A stretch of DNA of 64,000 nt from the human T2T-CHM13v2.0 reference genome, Homo sapiens. The stretch lies in NCBI RefSeq assembly GCF_009914755.1, contig NC_060947.1; one strand, written 5' to 3'. Both the position numbers and the translations under genes were made by a program. The notes beneath the pieces are model-generated. The model was not told the DNA's origin. It searched no databases and was given only the letters and a program-made list of their open reading frames with translations. Shown piece by piece: positions 1-15,045 of the stretch (its first letter is position 1; the number at the start of each line of letters is the position of its first letter).

Positions 1-649
1 ATATTGGCAATTATGGCCATGGTGACTATGATCCCAAAAGAAAAGAAGACGATGCCAAAGGCCGGTGGGTCACGACTTCGTTTTAAGGCTCATTATCACG
101 GGAAGGCGTCCTCTTCCTTGGAAATCTAAATGCAGAACACCCAGCCATCTTCAGGAAGCCTGTGTGTGCCAAGTCAGGCAGGGCAAAACCTTATACCTGC
201 ATGTTTTCCTAATGTGAGAGACTGCTCTGTAAATTTCTTTCTAGTGCTCAGTCGAGTTAATATGGAATTTGCATAAGCACTTGGCAAGAAATAACGTATG
301 TCTCTGTAATATTTCCGAGGCAGTATTTTCTCCTCCAAACCCTGACCTCTGTAGGAACGGGACTTAACATTTGCCTCCCAAATGCAGAGTAGGGCTGTAT
401 TTAACTTACCCAGTGAAGTCTCCCCTAAGCACTCAGGGGACTCAAACCACAGAAACCAACATTTGGTCTCTTTGAATTAAGTCTTTTCATATAATTGAAG
501 CAGCCCAAGAAACCTCCCAGAAAATGTTTCGGAACACAAATGTGGAATGGGGCATCCAATTAACAGCAATAACATTTTGTTCAAAAATAACTTTTGCAGA
601 CATATTGCGATGTCCAAAACAGAACTGCCCATTGCTGGCCTCCAAACCA

Positions 650-1330
650 CTCTGCTCCTCCCACAAGTGTTCTCCTATCTTAGTAAATGGCACCACCAAT
701 CTCCCAGTTGCTAGGGCCTAAACCTTGGAGGCAGAAGTTCCCCCCTCCCCTGGTCTCACTCACTCCATTACCAAATCCTGAGAACTGTGTCTCCTAAAGT
801 CTTGAATGTGTACACTCATCCCTGCCCTGAATAACTGCACAACAGCCTCCTCCAGCCCGTTTTTTTTACCCAGCAACCACGGGAAGCTTCTTAAAAAGTA
901 AATCAGATCATGTTGTTCCCTTGCTTAAAACCCTCTAGTCTCATGTCCCAGGCCTTCCATCTCACTCACAGTAAATCCAAATTTCTGTTCATGGTCTACA
1001 CAGCCCCACATGATCTGATCAGGCCCCTGCCTCCCTATTTAATTCTTCAACTCATTCCAGCTTCCCTTCTACACTGCCTCCCGCCCCACAACCGTCACCT
1101 CCCTGACCCCACCACTCCACCTGTCTGGAATAACTTCCCTTCCTTCCTTCACCTGGCCGTTCCCAGTTTATCCCTCATGCCATAAAAGAACATACTGTTC
1201 CCAGCCTAGGAAAGGCTCAGGACCCATGCCTTCTACCCTCACAGACCCTATGCTGAGTCCACCTTAACACTGAGCTTTGAATCCAGATGTGAGTTCAACT
1301 TGCTTTGCAATTTGCTGTCTCCTCACACTG
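650..1330 (+). mobile_element. L2 LINE fragment (ancient)
   Basis: L2-like motifs: cttagtaaatggcaccaccaatctcccagttgct, aaatcagatcatgttgttcccttgcttaaaaccctc, aaatccaaattt. Confidence 0.6.
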
Positions 1331-1334
1331 GTCC

Positions 1335-2040
1335 TGTTTCTCAACCCTAGCAGCATGACAGAATCTTTGAGGAAGCTTTTTTTTTTTTTTTTTCATTTAA
1401 ATTGAGGTAAAATTCATATAATATAAAATTAACCTTTAAATGTGTACAATTTAGTGGCATTTACTACATTTGCAATATTGTGCAACTATCACCTCCATCT
1501 AGTTCTAGAACATTCCCATCACCCCAAAAGGAAATCCCAGACGCATTAAGCAGTCACTCCCCATTAGCCCTCCCCCAGCCCCGGGCAACCACTAATCTTT
1601 CTGTCTTTATGGATTTTGCCTATTGTGGACATTTTGTATAAATGGAACCATACACTATGTGGCCTTTTGTGTCTGGCTTCTTTTGCTGAGCGTAATGTTT
1701 TTGAGGCTCGTTCATGTTCTACTATGTATCAGAATTTCATGTCTTTTATGGCTGAATACTATTCAATTGTATAATAATACCACATTTTGTTGATCCATTC
1801 ATCAGTAGACAGATATTTGGGTTGTTTCCAATTTGGGGCTATTGTGAGCAATGCTGCTATGAACACGGATGTACATACAAGCTTTTTGGTGGACATGTGT
1901 TTTTATTTCTCTCGGGTATACACATGAATTGCTGGGTATCAGGGAAGCTTTGAAAACCACGTTTGCCAGGGCTCTACTCTCCAAGTTTTCAATGTACTTG
2001 GCCTGAGGTAGGATAAGGCATTCCTATCCATCTAAAAGCT
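1335..2040. mobile_element. MER5-like hAT-Charlie MITE interrupted by L1MB
   Basis: tgtttctcaaccctagcagcatgacagaatc...ggaagcttt resumes at ~1941 as gggaagctttgaaaacc...gccagggctctac. Confidence 0.45.
1378..1940 (-). mobile_element. L1MB 3' end
   Basis: Poly-T tail, then ttgaggtaaaattcatata...tgtgtacaatttagtggcatt...cattcccatcaccccaaaaggaaa typical of L1MB 3' UTR; ggaagcttt duplicated at both ends. Confidence 0.85.
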
Positions 2041-2045
2041 GAGAC

Positions 2046-2640
<595 letters not shown>

Positions 2641-3418
2641 CCTTTGTCCACTCTCAGTCCTCTTGTTACTAGATCTTTCAGCAGTGGTGGGCATGGTTGA
2701 TCACTCTCTACTGCCTGAAATACTTTCTTCAACTTGACTGCTGGAAACCCACTCTTTTCCAGGGCTGCCTCTCTGGAGCTTGGGGAAGTACTACTGGGGG
2801 TGGATCTGTGGGTTCCAGTGTTCAGCAGCTAAGGCACTTTCCCTCTCTCATTTGGATGTCAGTGGGACAGGGGAGGTATTAGTAGATCACTTCGTGGCTG
2901 TGGGCAAGTCACTCTTCTTCCCTGGGGCTTGTTTTTTTTTAAATTCTGTAAACTGAGTTGGTTGGATAAGACTATCTCTAAGGTTTCAAGCTCTCTGATG
3001 ATCACAGTATCGAGCACTGCCACCTGCATTACCTTGTCAAATCCTCCCGGCAACCCACGGAGGATGGCACCATTTCTATCATTACTGCAATCTTACAGAT
3101 GCAGTAATATTCAGAGAAGGAAACTGACTTTAGCCAGGTCACCTGGCAAGTCAGCGGCCAACCCCGGGCTCAAACTAATGTCCAGCCAACCCCACTCTCT
3201 CTAATAGAAAGACAGATGTGCCAGGCACCTGCTGTTTAAGCCAACAAGACCTCAGAGAACTTGTGGGGCTGGGGAGGGCACACTGGCAGGTGATGGCTGG
3301 GTCTGCTTTGTGTCATGGATGTAGGCAGCAGTGAGTGAGACCCGAGAAGCCCTGGGCAATGTGCCCAACACTGTGATAAACACTTGACAAATCTCATACT
3401 TAATAATTTCAATACTTC

Positions 3419-3730
<312 letters not shown>

Positions 3731-3742
3731 TCATGAGGGCGT

Positions 3743-4135
3743 ATATTAGTTTCCTATGGTTGCTGCAACAAATTACCACAAATGTGGAGGCTTAAAACAA
3801 CAGAAATTTATTCTCTCACAGTTTTGGAGGCTGAAAGTCCAAAATCAAAGTGTCACCAGGACCATGCTTCCTCTAGGGTAGAATCCTTCCTTGCCTCCTC
3901 CAGCTTCTGCTGTCAGGCAGTCCTTGGCATGTCCACCCTTGTAGCTGCATCACTCCAATCTCTGCCTCTGTCTTCACTTGGCCTTCTTATAAAGTCACCA
4001 GGACCCATGCTAAATCGAGTATGATCTCATTTCAAGATTTTTAATTACATCAGCAAAGATCCTGTCTCCAAATAAGGTCACATTCTGAGGTTCCTGATGG
4101 ACATGAATTTTAGGGGACACTATTCAACCCACTCC
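3743..4135 (-). mobile_element. MLT1 (ERVL-MaLR) solo LTR
   Basis: tattagtttcctatggttgctgcaacaaattaccaca...ggcttaaaacaacagaaatttattctctcacag...aaataaggtcacattctgagg. Confidence 0.85.
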
Positions 4136-4557
4136 AGGGGGCAATACTATTCCCAGTCTACAGATGAAAAAGCTGAGGCCCACTCTCATGCCATGAGACC
4201 AGTGTCCCCCTTAACTAGTTCTTTAGTGACTTTGGAACCAATGCCTAGTACTGGATCATTTCAACCCCTTACTTCTCATAAGACAGAAAAAAAAAAAAAA
4301 GAGGATGTACAAAAAACCCACATTAACCTTATCTTACACTGTATACAAAATGGAATTCAAAATAGATCAAAGACCTGAACTTAAGAGCTAAAACCATAAA
4401 ACTCTTAGAATAAAATATTGAGGAAAATCTTTATGACATTGGATTTAACAACAAGCTTATAGATATGACACTAAAAAAGTACAAGCAAGAAAGGAAAAAA
4501 AAATAGATAAATTAGATTTCATCAAAATTGAAAATTTTTGTACATCAAAGATACTGT

Positions 4558-5305
4558 TGTTAGGTGTGGTGGCTTGTACCTATAATCCCAGCTACTTAAG
4601 AGGCTGAGGCAGGAGGGTTGCTTGAGGCCAGAAGTTCAAGATGAGCCTGGACAACATAGCGAGACTCCATTCCTAAAAATAATTTAAAAAATTAGTTGAG
4701 TGTTGCAGTGTGCACCTGTAGTCTCAGTGTATTATGCTGTTCTTGTATTACTATAAAGGAATACCTGAGACTGGGTAATTTATAAAGACAAGAACTTTAA
4801 TTGGTTCATGGCTCTGCAGGCTGTACAAGCATGGCACCGACATCTGCTTGGCTTCTTCTGAGGGCCTCAGGAAGCTTACAGTCATGGCATAAGGCAGAGC
4901 AGGAGCAGGCATCTCACAGGATGAGAAGGAGGTGAGGGGGAGGTACCAGACTTTTCAACAACCAGATTTTGTGTGAACTGAGCAAGAGCTCACTTATCAC
5001 CAAGGGGATAGTGCTAAGTCATCTATGAGGATCTGTCCCCACGATCAAATCACCTTCCACCAGGACCCACCTTCAACATTGGGCGTCACATTTCAGTATG
5101 AGATTTGGAAGGAACAAACATCTAAAGCATATCACCTAGCTACTCAGGAGGCTGAGATAGGAGGATAGCCTGAGCCCAGGAGTTCAAGGCTGTAGTGAGC
5201 CATGATTGCACCACTGCAATCCAGCCTGGGCAACAAAGCGAGACCCTGTTTTTATTTTTTATCTCTAAAAAATAAAAATTAAATTAAATTTAATTTAATT
5301 TAAAA
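4558..5305 (+). mobile_element. AluJ split by MSTA LTR
   Basis: Alu stops at cctgtagtctcag (4727) and resumes cctagctactcaggaggctgag (5135). Confidence 0.85.
4728..5134 (-). mobile_element. MSTA-type MaLR solo LTR
   Basis: TG...CA termini; ctataaaggaatacctgagactgggtaatttataaag...aggaagcttacagtcatggc; 5-bp TSD ctcag/cctag. Confidence 0.9.
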
Positions 5306-5422
5306 GGGTGCTATCAAGGATGTTATCAACAGAGTGAAAAGGCAACAAACTACAGAATGGGAGAAAATATTTGCAAATCATATATTTGATAAGGGATTAA
5401 TATGAAGAACTTCTATAACTCA

Positions 5423-5659
<237 letters not shown>

Positions 5660-5738
5660 TCAACATAACTAATCATGAGGGAAGTGCAAATCAAAACCAC
5701 AGTCAGATACTACTTCACACCTACTGGAATGGCTATGA

Positions 5739-6046
<308 letters not shown>

Positions 6047-7080
6047 GTGGGATGGCTATAATTTTAAAAGAAATGGAAAATAACAAGAGTTGGCAAGAAT
6101 GTGGAGGAGTTTGAACCCTCATGCATTTCTGGTGGGAATGTAAAGTGGTACAGCTGCTATAGAAAACAACATGGTGGTTTATCAAAGAATTAAACAATTA
6201 CTAGCAATGCCTCTTCTGTGTATATAACCAAAATAATTGAAAGCAGGGCATGTTCATAGCAGCATTATTTACAATAGCCAAAAGGTGAAAACAACTCCAG
6301 TATCCATTGACAGGTGAATGGATAAACAAAATGTGGTATATACACACAATAAAATATTATTCAGCCATGAAAAGGAAAGAAATTTTGATATATGCTACAA
6401 CATAAATGAACCCTGAAAACATGCTTAGTGAAATAAGCCAGACACTTAAGGACAAGTATTGTATGATTCCACTTATACGAGATACTCAGAATGGGCAAAT
6501 TCTTAGAGACAGAAAGTAGAATAAAGGTTATTGTGAGATGGGAGGAAGGGGGAAGAACTTATTATTTAATGAGTATAAGGTTTATGTTGGGGATGATAAT
6601 AAAAGTTTTGGATAAAGATAGTGGTTATGAGTATACAACATTGAGGATTTAATTAATGCCACTGAACTGTATACTTACGGATGATTAAAATGATAAATAT
6701 TATGCTATGTATATTTTACCACATTAAAAAAAAAACTGTTAAAAAATGTTACCTCCTAAGGCATGCATTTTAGAAAAGAAAATGGAAGGCTGCCCTCCCC
6801 AGATTCAGGGCAGTCGGGTAGAATCTTCGTTTTCACCACTTGCTTGGCCCATAGCACATCTCCTGTGCCTCGCCCTGCCTCTGGTGAATGCCTCTGGAAT
6901 GCACTGGAAGGACTTTGGGGGCCAGCCTCACTGGTGACAGGCTCCCTGAAACCTCTCTTCACAGTCTCCCTTGAATCTGGCTTTCACACTTTTCTTTATG
7001 CATAGGCAGAGTCCTAAAGAGAAAGAGATTCCCGCACACCTGTCCATCTCCGTTTATTTCTTCTCATTCATTCACTCATA

Positions 7081-7537
<457 letters not shown>

Positions 7538-7819
7538 TCTTCTAGCTCTATCGTCCTCTATATCCAGCCCATTTCTGATCTCAGGTCTCCACTTCCTGAC
7601 ACTTCTTTTTGGCCCCCGTCCAGATATAACAAGACCTTGAGGGTGACATTTGCCATCTTGTACGTTCGTGCACTCTGTGGCTGGTCTCTGTTAGAGCCCC
7701 AGAATTGCTCACTTGCGTGTCTGTCATCAGAAGGCAGATTGATTTCCCCTGCTGGCTCAGTGGTACCTCGCCCTTTAGAGTGTCCATCACCTTGATCCTT
7801 TCCTTTTTTGATATAATAT

Positions 7820-8270
7820 CCCCTATCTCCCCATTGCCTACAGGATCAGGCAACATGCCTTGGCCTGGCATTCAATGCCGAGCTTTTCCTACCTCAGTAC
7901 ATCTGGCCTAATAGGTGACCTCACTGTTTTCTGAGTGGGCTTCATGCCTTTCTGCCTTCTTGCCTTTGCTATGTGGTTTCCATTGCCTGTTGCACTGTCT
8001 CTTAAGCCTTTGCATTCTGGCACCCAAATGCGAATGTCCCCTGAGCCCTGGATCAAGATGCACCTCTTTCTTGAAGCCTTTGGAGGACAAATGTAGTAAG
8101 GAATCATCTGTGATCTCCTTGTGTGAGCATTTCTATTTTCTATTATTTTTCAAATATACCTTGATGTTGAATTTATCTCAAGAGGAAGATTCTGGAAGTC
8201 AGGGACACATCGTACCTTGCGTTTCTCTCTGGGAGCCATGCATATGATTGGTGCAAAATAAACATTGTCC
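7820..8270 (+). mobile_element. L2 fragment
   Basis: cccattgcctacagg...cttggcctggcattcaa and 3' end catatgattggtgcaaaataaac resemble the L2 3' region. Confidence 0.45.
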
Positions 8271-9330
8271 AAGTTGGCTTCGTGGAGAGGAGAATATTTG
8301 GTGCTCCTGGCACAGGGATCTCTCTTTCCTCTGTCACCTCCACTCTTTCCATCAGAGTCCAGCATGCCGGGTGGCCCTGGGCCCAGAGTAAGGGGGAGTG
8401 AGCAGTGCCCTGTCCCTCACCCCCTGTCCTCATCACCTGTGGGGATTTTCCTTTAGAAACTCTGACTTTTCAATTTTTCCAAGACTATCTTTCTGCAGTG
8501 AAAGATTGGGAGAGAACTAAGTGAAAGTATTCCACTTGGGGATCTGCTCACTGTCTGCTTACTGTGTCTTTTTGGGCCCTCCCTGCTTCATTGCCGCCAC
8601 CACCTCCACCTGGCTCCTGCTGTCTCCATCTCGAATGGGAATTACTGGACCCTTGTCCAGCTGCTCCCTGGTCCCACTGCCTTCATTGCTGCACCCACCA
8701 ACCCAGGCTCCACATGGCAATCAGAATGGTCATCCTAAAATAGATTTCTTCTTTTCACGCCCCAGCTCATAAATGGCAACTCATCTTCAAAATAAAACCA
8801 AGCTACTGAGTGTTGGCATCCAGGCACCCCAAGTCTCAGCCTTTGGCATGCCTCCTACACCTCTGATACTGCATTTATGGTACAAACTTGTTCATTTCCA
8901 AAATGCAGCGGGTGCATTGATGTCTCTAACACTCAATCTGGGCAATTCTCCCCTCCTGGACACCTCCCCCGCCCCTATCTCTGACCACTCACAACAAATC
9001 CTGAAAGATTTGTCTCCTCTCCAAAGCCTTGTCTCCCCAGGTCTCTCTCACTTTTGGACCCAGCCCCAGTATGAAACCAGTAAATACTCTCTAAAGTGAA
9101 GCAATTAGTTCACAATGAGATCCCACTTCACAGCCACCAGGGAGGCTGTAATCAAAAAGGCAGATACTAACCAGCATTGGTGAGGATGTGGAAAATCATA
9201 CAGTGCTGATAGGAGTGTAAAATGGTGCAACTACCATGGAAAACAATTTGGGAGTTCTTCAACAAGTTAACTATAGAGTTACCATATGACTCAGCAATTC
9301 CACGGCTAAGTATATACCCAAGAGAATTGA

Positions 9331-9940
<610 letters not shown>

Positions 9941-10406
9941 AGCAAGCACATATCCACACAATGACTTGTACATGAATGTTCACAGCAACTTTATTCTTAA
10001 TAGCCAAAGTGGAAATAACTCAAATATCCATCAATGGATGAATAATCAAAATATGGTCTACTCATAAAATGCAATATTATTCAACCGTAAAAAAATAAAG
10101 TATGGATACATGCTATAAAATCAATTAACATTGAAAACATGATGCTAAGTGAAAGAAGCCAGACAGAAAAGACCACATATTATATGATTCTGTTTATACA
10201 AAATGTCCGGAATAGACAAATCCATAGAGACAGAAAGTAGATAAGTGGTTGCCTAGGGCTAGCGGGAGGAGGTTGGTAGTTGATGGCAAAGAGGAGCAGG
10301 ATTTCTTTGGCGAGTGAAGAAAATGTTTTGGAATTAGATGGTGATGGTTGTACAACCTTGTAAATATACTGAAAACCACTGAATTGTATATTTTAAAAGA
10401 GTGAAT

Positions 10407-10728
10407 GGCCGGGTATGGTGGCACACACCTGTAATCCCAGCACTTTGGGAGGCCAAGGCAGGAGACCTGCTTGAGGCTAAGGAGTTCAAGACCAGCCTGG
10501 GCAACATAGTGAGACCTCCATCTGTACAAAAAAAAAATTAAAAGTTTGCCAGGCATGGTGGCTCATGCCTGTAGTCCCAGCTACTTAGGAAACTGAGGTG
10601 GGAGGATTGCTTGAGCCCAGGAGTTTGAGGCTACAGTGAGCCATGATTACACTACTGCAGTGCACCCTGGGCAACAGAGTGAGATCGTGTCTCAAAAAAA
10701 AAAAAAATATATATATATATATATATAT
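10407..10728 (+). mobile_element. AluJ with A/(AT)n tail
   Basis: Full dimer; flanking gtgaat duplicated. Confidence 0.9.
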
Positions 10729-10841
10729 GTGAATGAATTATATGATATGTGAATTATATCTCAATAAAGCTCAGTACCAGACACTGAGCAAGTATTTTAC
10801 AGGCATTAGCTCCTCAATTCTCATAAAACCCTATGAGATAG

Positions 10842-11537
10842 TGTTATGGACTGAATGCTTGTGTCCCCCCACCAAATTCCTATGTTGAAACCCTAACCCC
10901 CACCAGGCGTGGTGGCTCACGTCTGTAATCCGAGCACTTTGGGAGGCTGAGTCGGGCAGGTCACGAGGTCAAGAGTTTGAGACCAGCCTGACCAACATGG
11001 TGAAACCCTGTCTCTTCTAAAAATACAAAAATTAACTGGGCGTGGTGGCGCAAGCCTATAATCCCAGCTACTCAGGAGGCTGAGGCAGGAGAATCACTTG
11101 AACCCAGGAGGCAGATGTTGCAGTGAGCCAAGATCACACCACTGCACTCCAACCTGGGCAACAGAGTGAGACTCCATCTAAAAAAAAACAAAAAAACTAA
11201 AAACAAAACAAAACAAAAAACCCCTAACTCCCAATGTGATGGTATTAGGAGGTGGGGCCTCTGAGAGGAAATTAGTTCATGAAGGTGGGGCTCCCTTGAT
11301 GGGACTGGTGCCCTTATAAGAATAAAAAACACTAGTGTTCTCTCTCTCTTGCTGACATGTGAGGATACAGCAAGAAGATGGCCATCTGCAAGCCAGAAAG
11401 AGACCTCTCACCAGAAACCGAATCTGCCACCACCCTGATCTTGGACTTCCCGGCCTCCAAAACTGTGTGAGATCGCTGTTGTTTAAGCAACCCAATCTAT
11501 GATATCTTATTATAGCAGCCTTAGTGGACTAAGACAG
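10842..11537 (+). mobile_element. MLT1A-type solo LTR with nested Alu
   Basis: tgttatggactgaatgcttgtgtcccccc...atgtgatggtattaggaggtggggcct...ttatagcagcc...gactaagaca. Confidence 0.9.
10902..11220 (+). mobile_element. AluS
   Basis: Full dimer; TSD approx aaccctaac(c/t)ccca. Confidence 0.95.
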
Positions 11538-11539
11538 AT

Positions 11540-11680
11540 CGGTGCTATTTTAATATCTATTTTACAGCTGGGGAAACTGAGGCACAGTTAAGTAGCTTGC
11601 TCAAGGTCACTCAGCTGGTGAGTGGCAGCACCAGGATGTGAACCCAGGAAGCCTGGCTTACATACCCCTGTTCTTAACTG
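11540..11680 (-). mobile_element. MIR (other part at 10775-10840, split by MLT1A)
   Basis: ttttacagctggggaaactgaggcacagttaagtagcttgctcaaggtcac. Confidence 0.7.
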
Positions 11681-12279
11681 CCTCTCTGGTAGACAGATGT
11701 GTGCTACAGGGCTTACAGTCAGAAAAGGGAGAATGGGTTCCTCATTCACTCTGCTTCAGAAAAAGGGTTCAAGGAGTCCCCAACTCCCAACAGCTGTGTT
11801 GTCCTGGGGAGTCCTGGCAGAATGTGTCTAAGGAGCTATTCGCCAGGTCTCTACCATATCTATAAGCAGGCAAAGCTCCCCAGATCCTTTATACAATGGC
11901 CAGGTCAGTGGGAAGGGGGTCTTCTGCCTTTATCCAGAGGATCTTTACAGGGTGGGTTTTTGCGTCCTCCACCCTGCCTTAGCCTTGAAATCAAGGCTGG
12001 TAGACCAAGCCAACCCAACAGGGCTGCTTATTGTTCTGGGGCTCCATTCAAGAGGACCAGTAGAGAGCCAGGATGAGTATCCCTGACCTTTAGCTTTCCT
12101 GATGCCAGGGCAGGACCTCTGCTTCTATGTATTACAGGACCTTGCATTTGTGGACCCAAGGCATAGGGAAGGGGGTTCCTGAAGCCAGTATTGGGGCCTG
12201 GTATTGCTTATTGCTAATGACAGACTACGGGCACGCAGTCATTCATTCAGTATATAGAAGGTGTCATCCAGCCATAGAT

Positions 12280-12480
12280 GTAGAGAGCATGGACTCTGGA
12301 GCCAGCCAGGCTGTTTAAAGTTGGGCAAGTCACCTTGCCTCTCTGGTCCTCAGTGTCCTGATCTACAAAATGGGCAAAATAATGGCACTTACATCTTAAG
12401 GCTTTTGTGTAGAGGAAACACATTGATACACATGGAAAGTGCACAGAACAGTGCCTGGCACATAGTAAGCTCTCAACAAG
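12280..12480 (+). mobile_element. MIR
   Basis: gactctggagccag...ttgggcaagtcac...atctacaaaatggg...agaacagtgcctggcacatagtaagc. Confidence 0.75.
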
Positions 12481-12574
12481 CGATATCCTTTCGTATTGTT
12501 TTGTTTTAACTGTTATTATGTTGGCTAAGTAGGTGGGAAGAGAAGGAGGCACAATAAGAGACATCTGGGTTATT

Positions 12575-12990
12575 ACTATGGTTTCAGGACTTTTACTCTC
12601 CAAAACCCGTGTTGAAATATAATCCCCAGTGTGGCAGCATTGAGAGGTGGGGCCTTTAAGAGATGATTGTGTCATGAGGGCTCTGCCCTCATGAGTGGAC
12701 TAATCCATTCATGGTTTAATGGATTAATGGGTTATCACAGGAGTGGAACTGGTGGCTTTATAAGAAAAGGAAGAGAGACCTGAGTGAGCATGCTCAGCCC
12801 CCTCGACATGTGATGTCCTTTGCCACCTCAGTACTCTGCAGAATCCCCGCCGGCAAGAAGTCCCTGACCAGATGCAGCCCCTCAACCTTGGACGTTTCAG
12901 CCTCCACAACTGTAAGAAATAAATTCCTTTTCCTTATAAATTACCCAGTTTGGGGTATTCTGTTATAAACAACAGAAAACGGGCTAAGAG
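12575..12990 (+). mobile_element. MSTB-type MaLR solo LTR
   Basis: ggtggggcctttaagagatgatt...ctaatccattcatgg...aactgtaagaaataaattcc...aacagaaaacgggctaaga. Confidence 0.85.
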
Positions 12991-13213
12991 AGTTAGAGAT
13001 GCTTCCTGAATCACAACAGAAAGTTCTGTACATCTTTTATCCCTATACCCTCTGAGGAGCTTATTCTGCTCTAGACGGACAGAGGTGATATCCCACTCAT
13101 CTCCTGGTCAGCTCACAGTGCCTGGATGCATGTCATGTTCTGGGTACCAGTAGCCTCTCTGAGAGACATTAACAGGCTGGATTTGCTTCAGGAGCCAGTG
13201 ATCAGGATGTTAA

Positions 13214-13554
<341 letters not shown>

Positions 13555-13766
13555 CTATGGAAGTCGGAATTTTCATACAATGAATAATCTTGGTGAGTGT
13601 TTGGACCGGAGAAAAAGATGACTGTAAGGGGTAAAAAGGAAAGGAGTGATGAGGGAGACTCCTGGAGGGAGCTCCTGGGGAATTTGATCTGTATTCTGTG
13701 GCCTCAGCTTATGAAAATAAGGATAAAGGGGAAAAGCTACAGGGTGATGGACTCTGGAACTTTCTT

Positions 13767-14065
13767 GTTTTAAAAGAGACAGAGTCTCACCCTGTCACCC
13801 AGGCTGGAGTGTAGTGGTATGATCATAGCTCACTGTAGACACAAACTTTCGGACTCAGGTAATCCTCCTGCCTTAGCCCCCCAAGTAGCTAGAACGATAG
13901 ATACATGCCACCCCACCCAGCTAATTTTTTTAATTTTTATTTTTGTAGAGATGAGTCTTACTATGTTGCCCAGGCTGGTCTCTAACTGCTGGCCTCAAGT
14001 GATCCTCCCCGCCTTGGCCTTCCAAAGTGCTGGGATTAGAGGCATGAGCCACCATGCCTGCCTGG
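13767..14065 (-). mobile_element. AluJ
   Basis: Antisense dimer with atcatagctcactg (J-type); TSD approx gga.tc.ggaactt. Confidence 0.9.
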
Positions 14066-14622
14066 CTGGATTCGGGAACTTCCTAAGGGGCAGAACAACC
14101 TCAAGATGGAGGAGCTGCCTCTGTAGGAAGGGAGTTCCCATTCTTCAAGATATCCAGCCTAGTCTCCCTTTGAGGTCCTTTTCAACCTAGAGGCCCCATG
14201 ACTCTCCTCCCGCATGAGGGTTGAGCCAGGATAATATGGAAAGTCTGGGTTCCAAAACTGCTAGAGAAAAGCAAAAAGAGGTTTGGCAGGTCCTTTGGTT
14301 AGCCCCACATTTGAGACACACCTCTGAGGCTCTGCCACGTCCCACCCATGGCTGAACGGAATCATACACAGATTTTTCTGCCCACCTTTCCACACTCACC
14401 CTGTGATCCAGAGCTCAGAGAGTGAGACTGAGAGAGCTCATGCCAGGAGCTTTTAGTTGTCAAGAAAAGGAGTCATCGTGTCTTTAGAAACAGGATGAAT
14501 GCGGAAAGCATACACACTGAAACGATTTCTAAGATTCTATATAGATCAAGGCCAGGGTCTAGCTGCTGAATTGGGGCCTAGCCTATCCTTTCCAGACAAC
14601 ACAATTCTAAAGTGCATTTCTC

Positions 14623-14675
14623 TCTTTTTTTTTAAAATTTATTATTATTATACTTTAAGTTTTAGGGTACATGTG
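14623..14675 (-). mobile_element. Extremely 5'-truncated young L1PA (L1HS-L1PA3-like) 3' terminus
   Basis: T-tract + attattattatactttaagttttagggtacatgtg, flanked by perfect 15-bp TSD taaagtgcatttctc (14608-14622, 14676-14690). Confidence 0.85.
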
Positions 14676-14723
14676 TAAAGTGCATTTCTCAACACACCCC
14701 TTCATCTCTTGAAAATGAAATGC

Positions 14724-15045
14724 TGCCGGCCGCGGTGGCTCACGCCTGTAATGCCAGCACTTTGGGAGGCTGAGGTGGGCGGATCACGAGGTCAGGAGTT
14801 CGAGACCAGTCTGACGAACACAGGGAAACCCCTTCTCTGCTAAAAATACAAAACAAAATTAGCCGGGTTTGGTGGCGGGCACCTGTAATTCCAGCTACTC
14901 AAGAGGCTGAGGCAAGAGAATCACTTGAACCCAGGAGGCGGAGGTTGCAGTGAGCTGAGATAGCGCCACTGTACTCAAGCCTGGGCAATAGAGCGAGACT
15001 CTGTCTCAAAGAAAAAAAAAAAGAAAAGAAACAAGAAAAAGAAAA
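14724..15045 (+). mobile_element. AluS (Sg-like)
   Basis: Full dimer; TSD gaaaatgaaatg. Confidence 0.95.

Noticed and set aside
1-90. Hydrophobic minus-strand peptide AFGIVFFSFGIIVTMAIIAN resembling a transmembrane helix
   Set aside because: Preceded in frame by TGA TAA TGA with no start or acceptor before the helix; cannot be assigned to a gene.
7581-7871. Protein-looking ORF (PDPVGNGEIGDIISKKERIKVMDTLKG...) with an internal GTGAGC donor
   Set aside because: No recognisable family, no good acceptor, and it partly overlaps antisense L2-like sequence.
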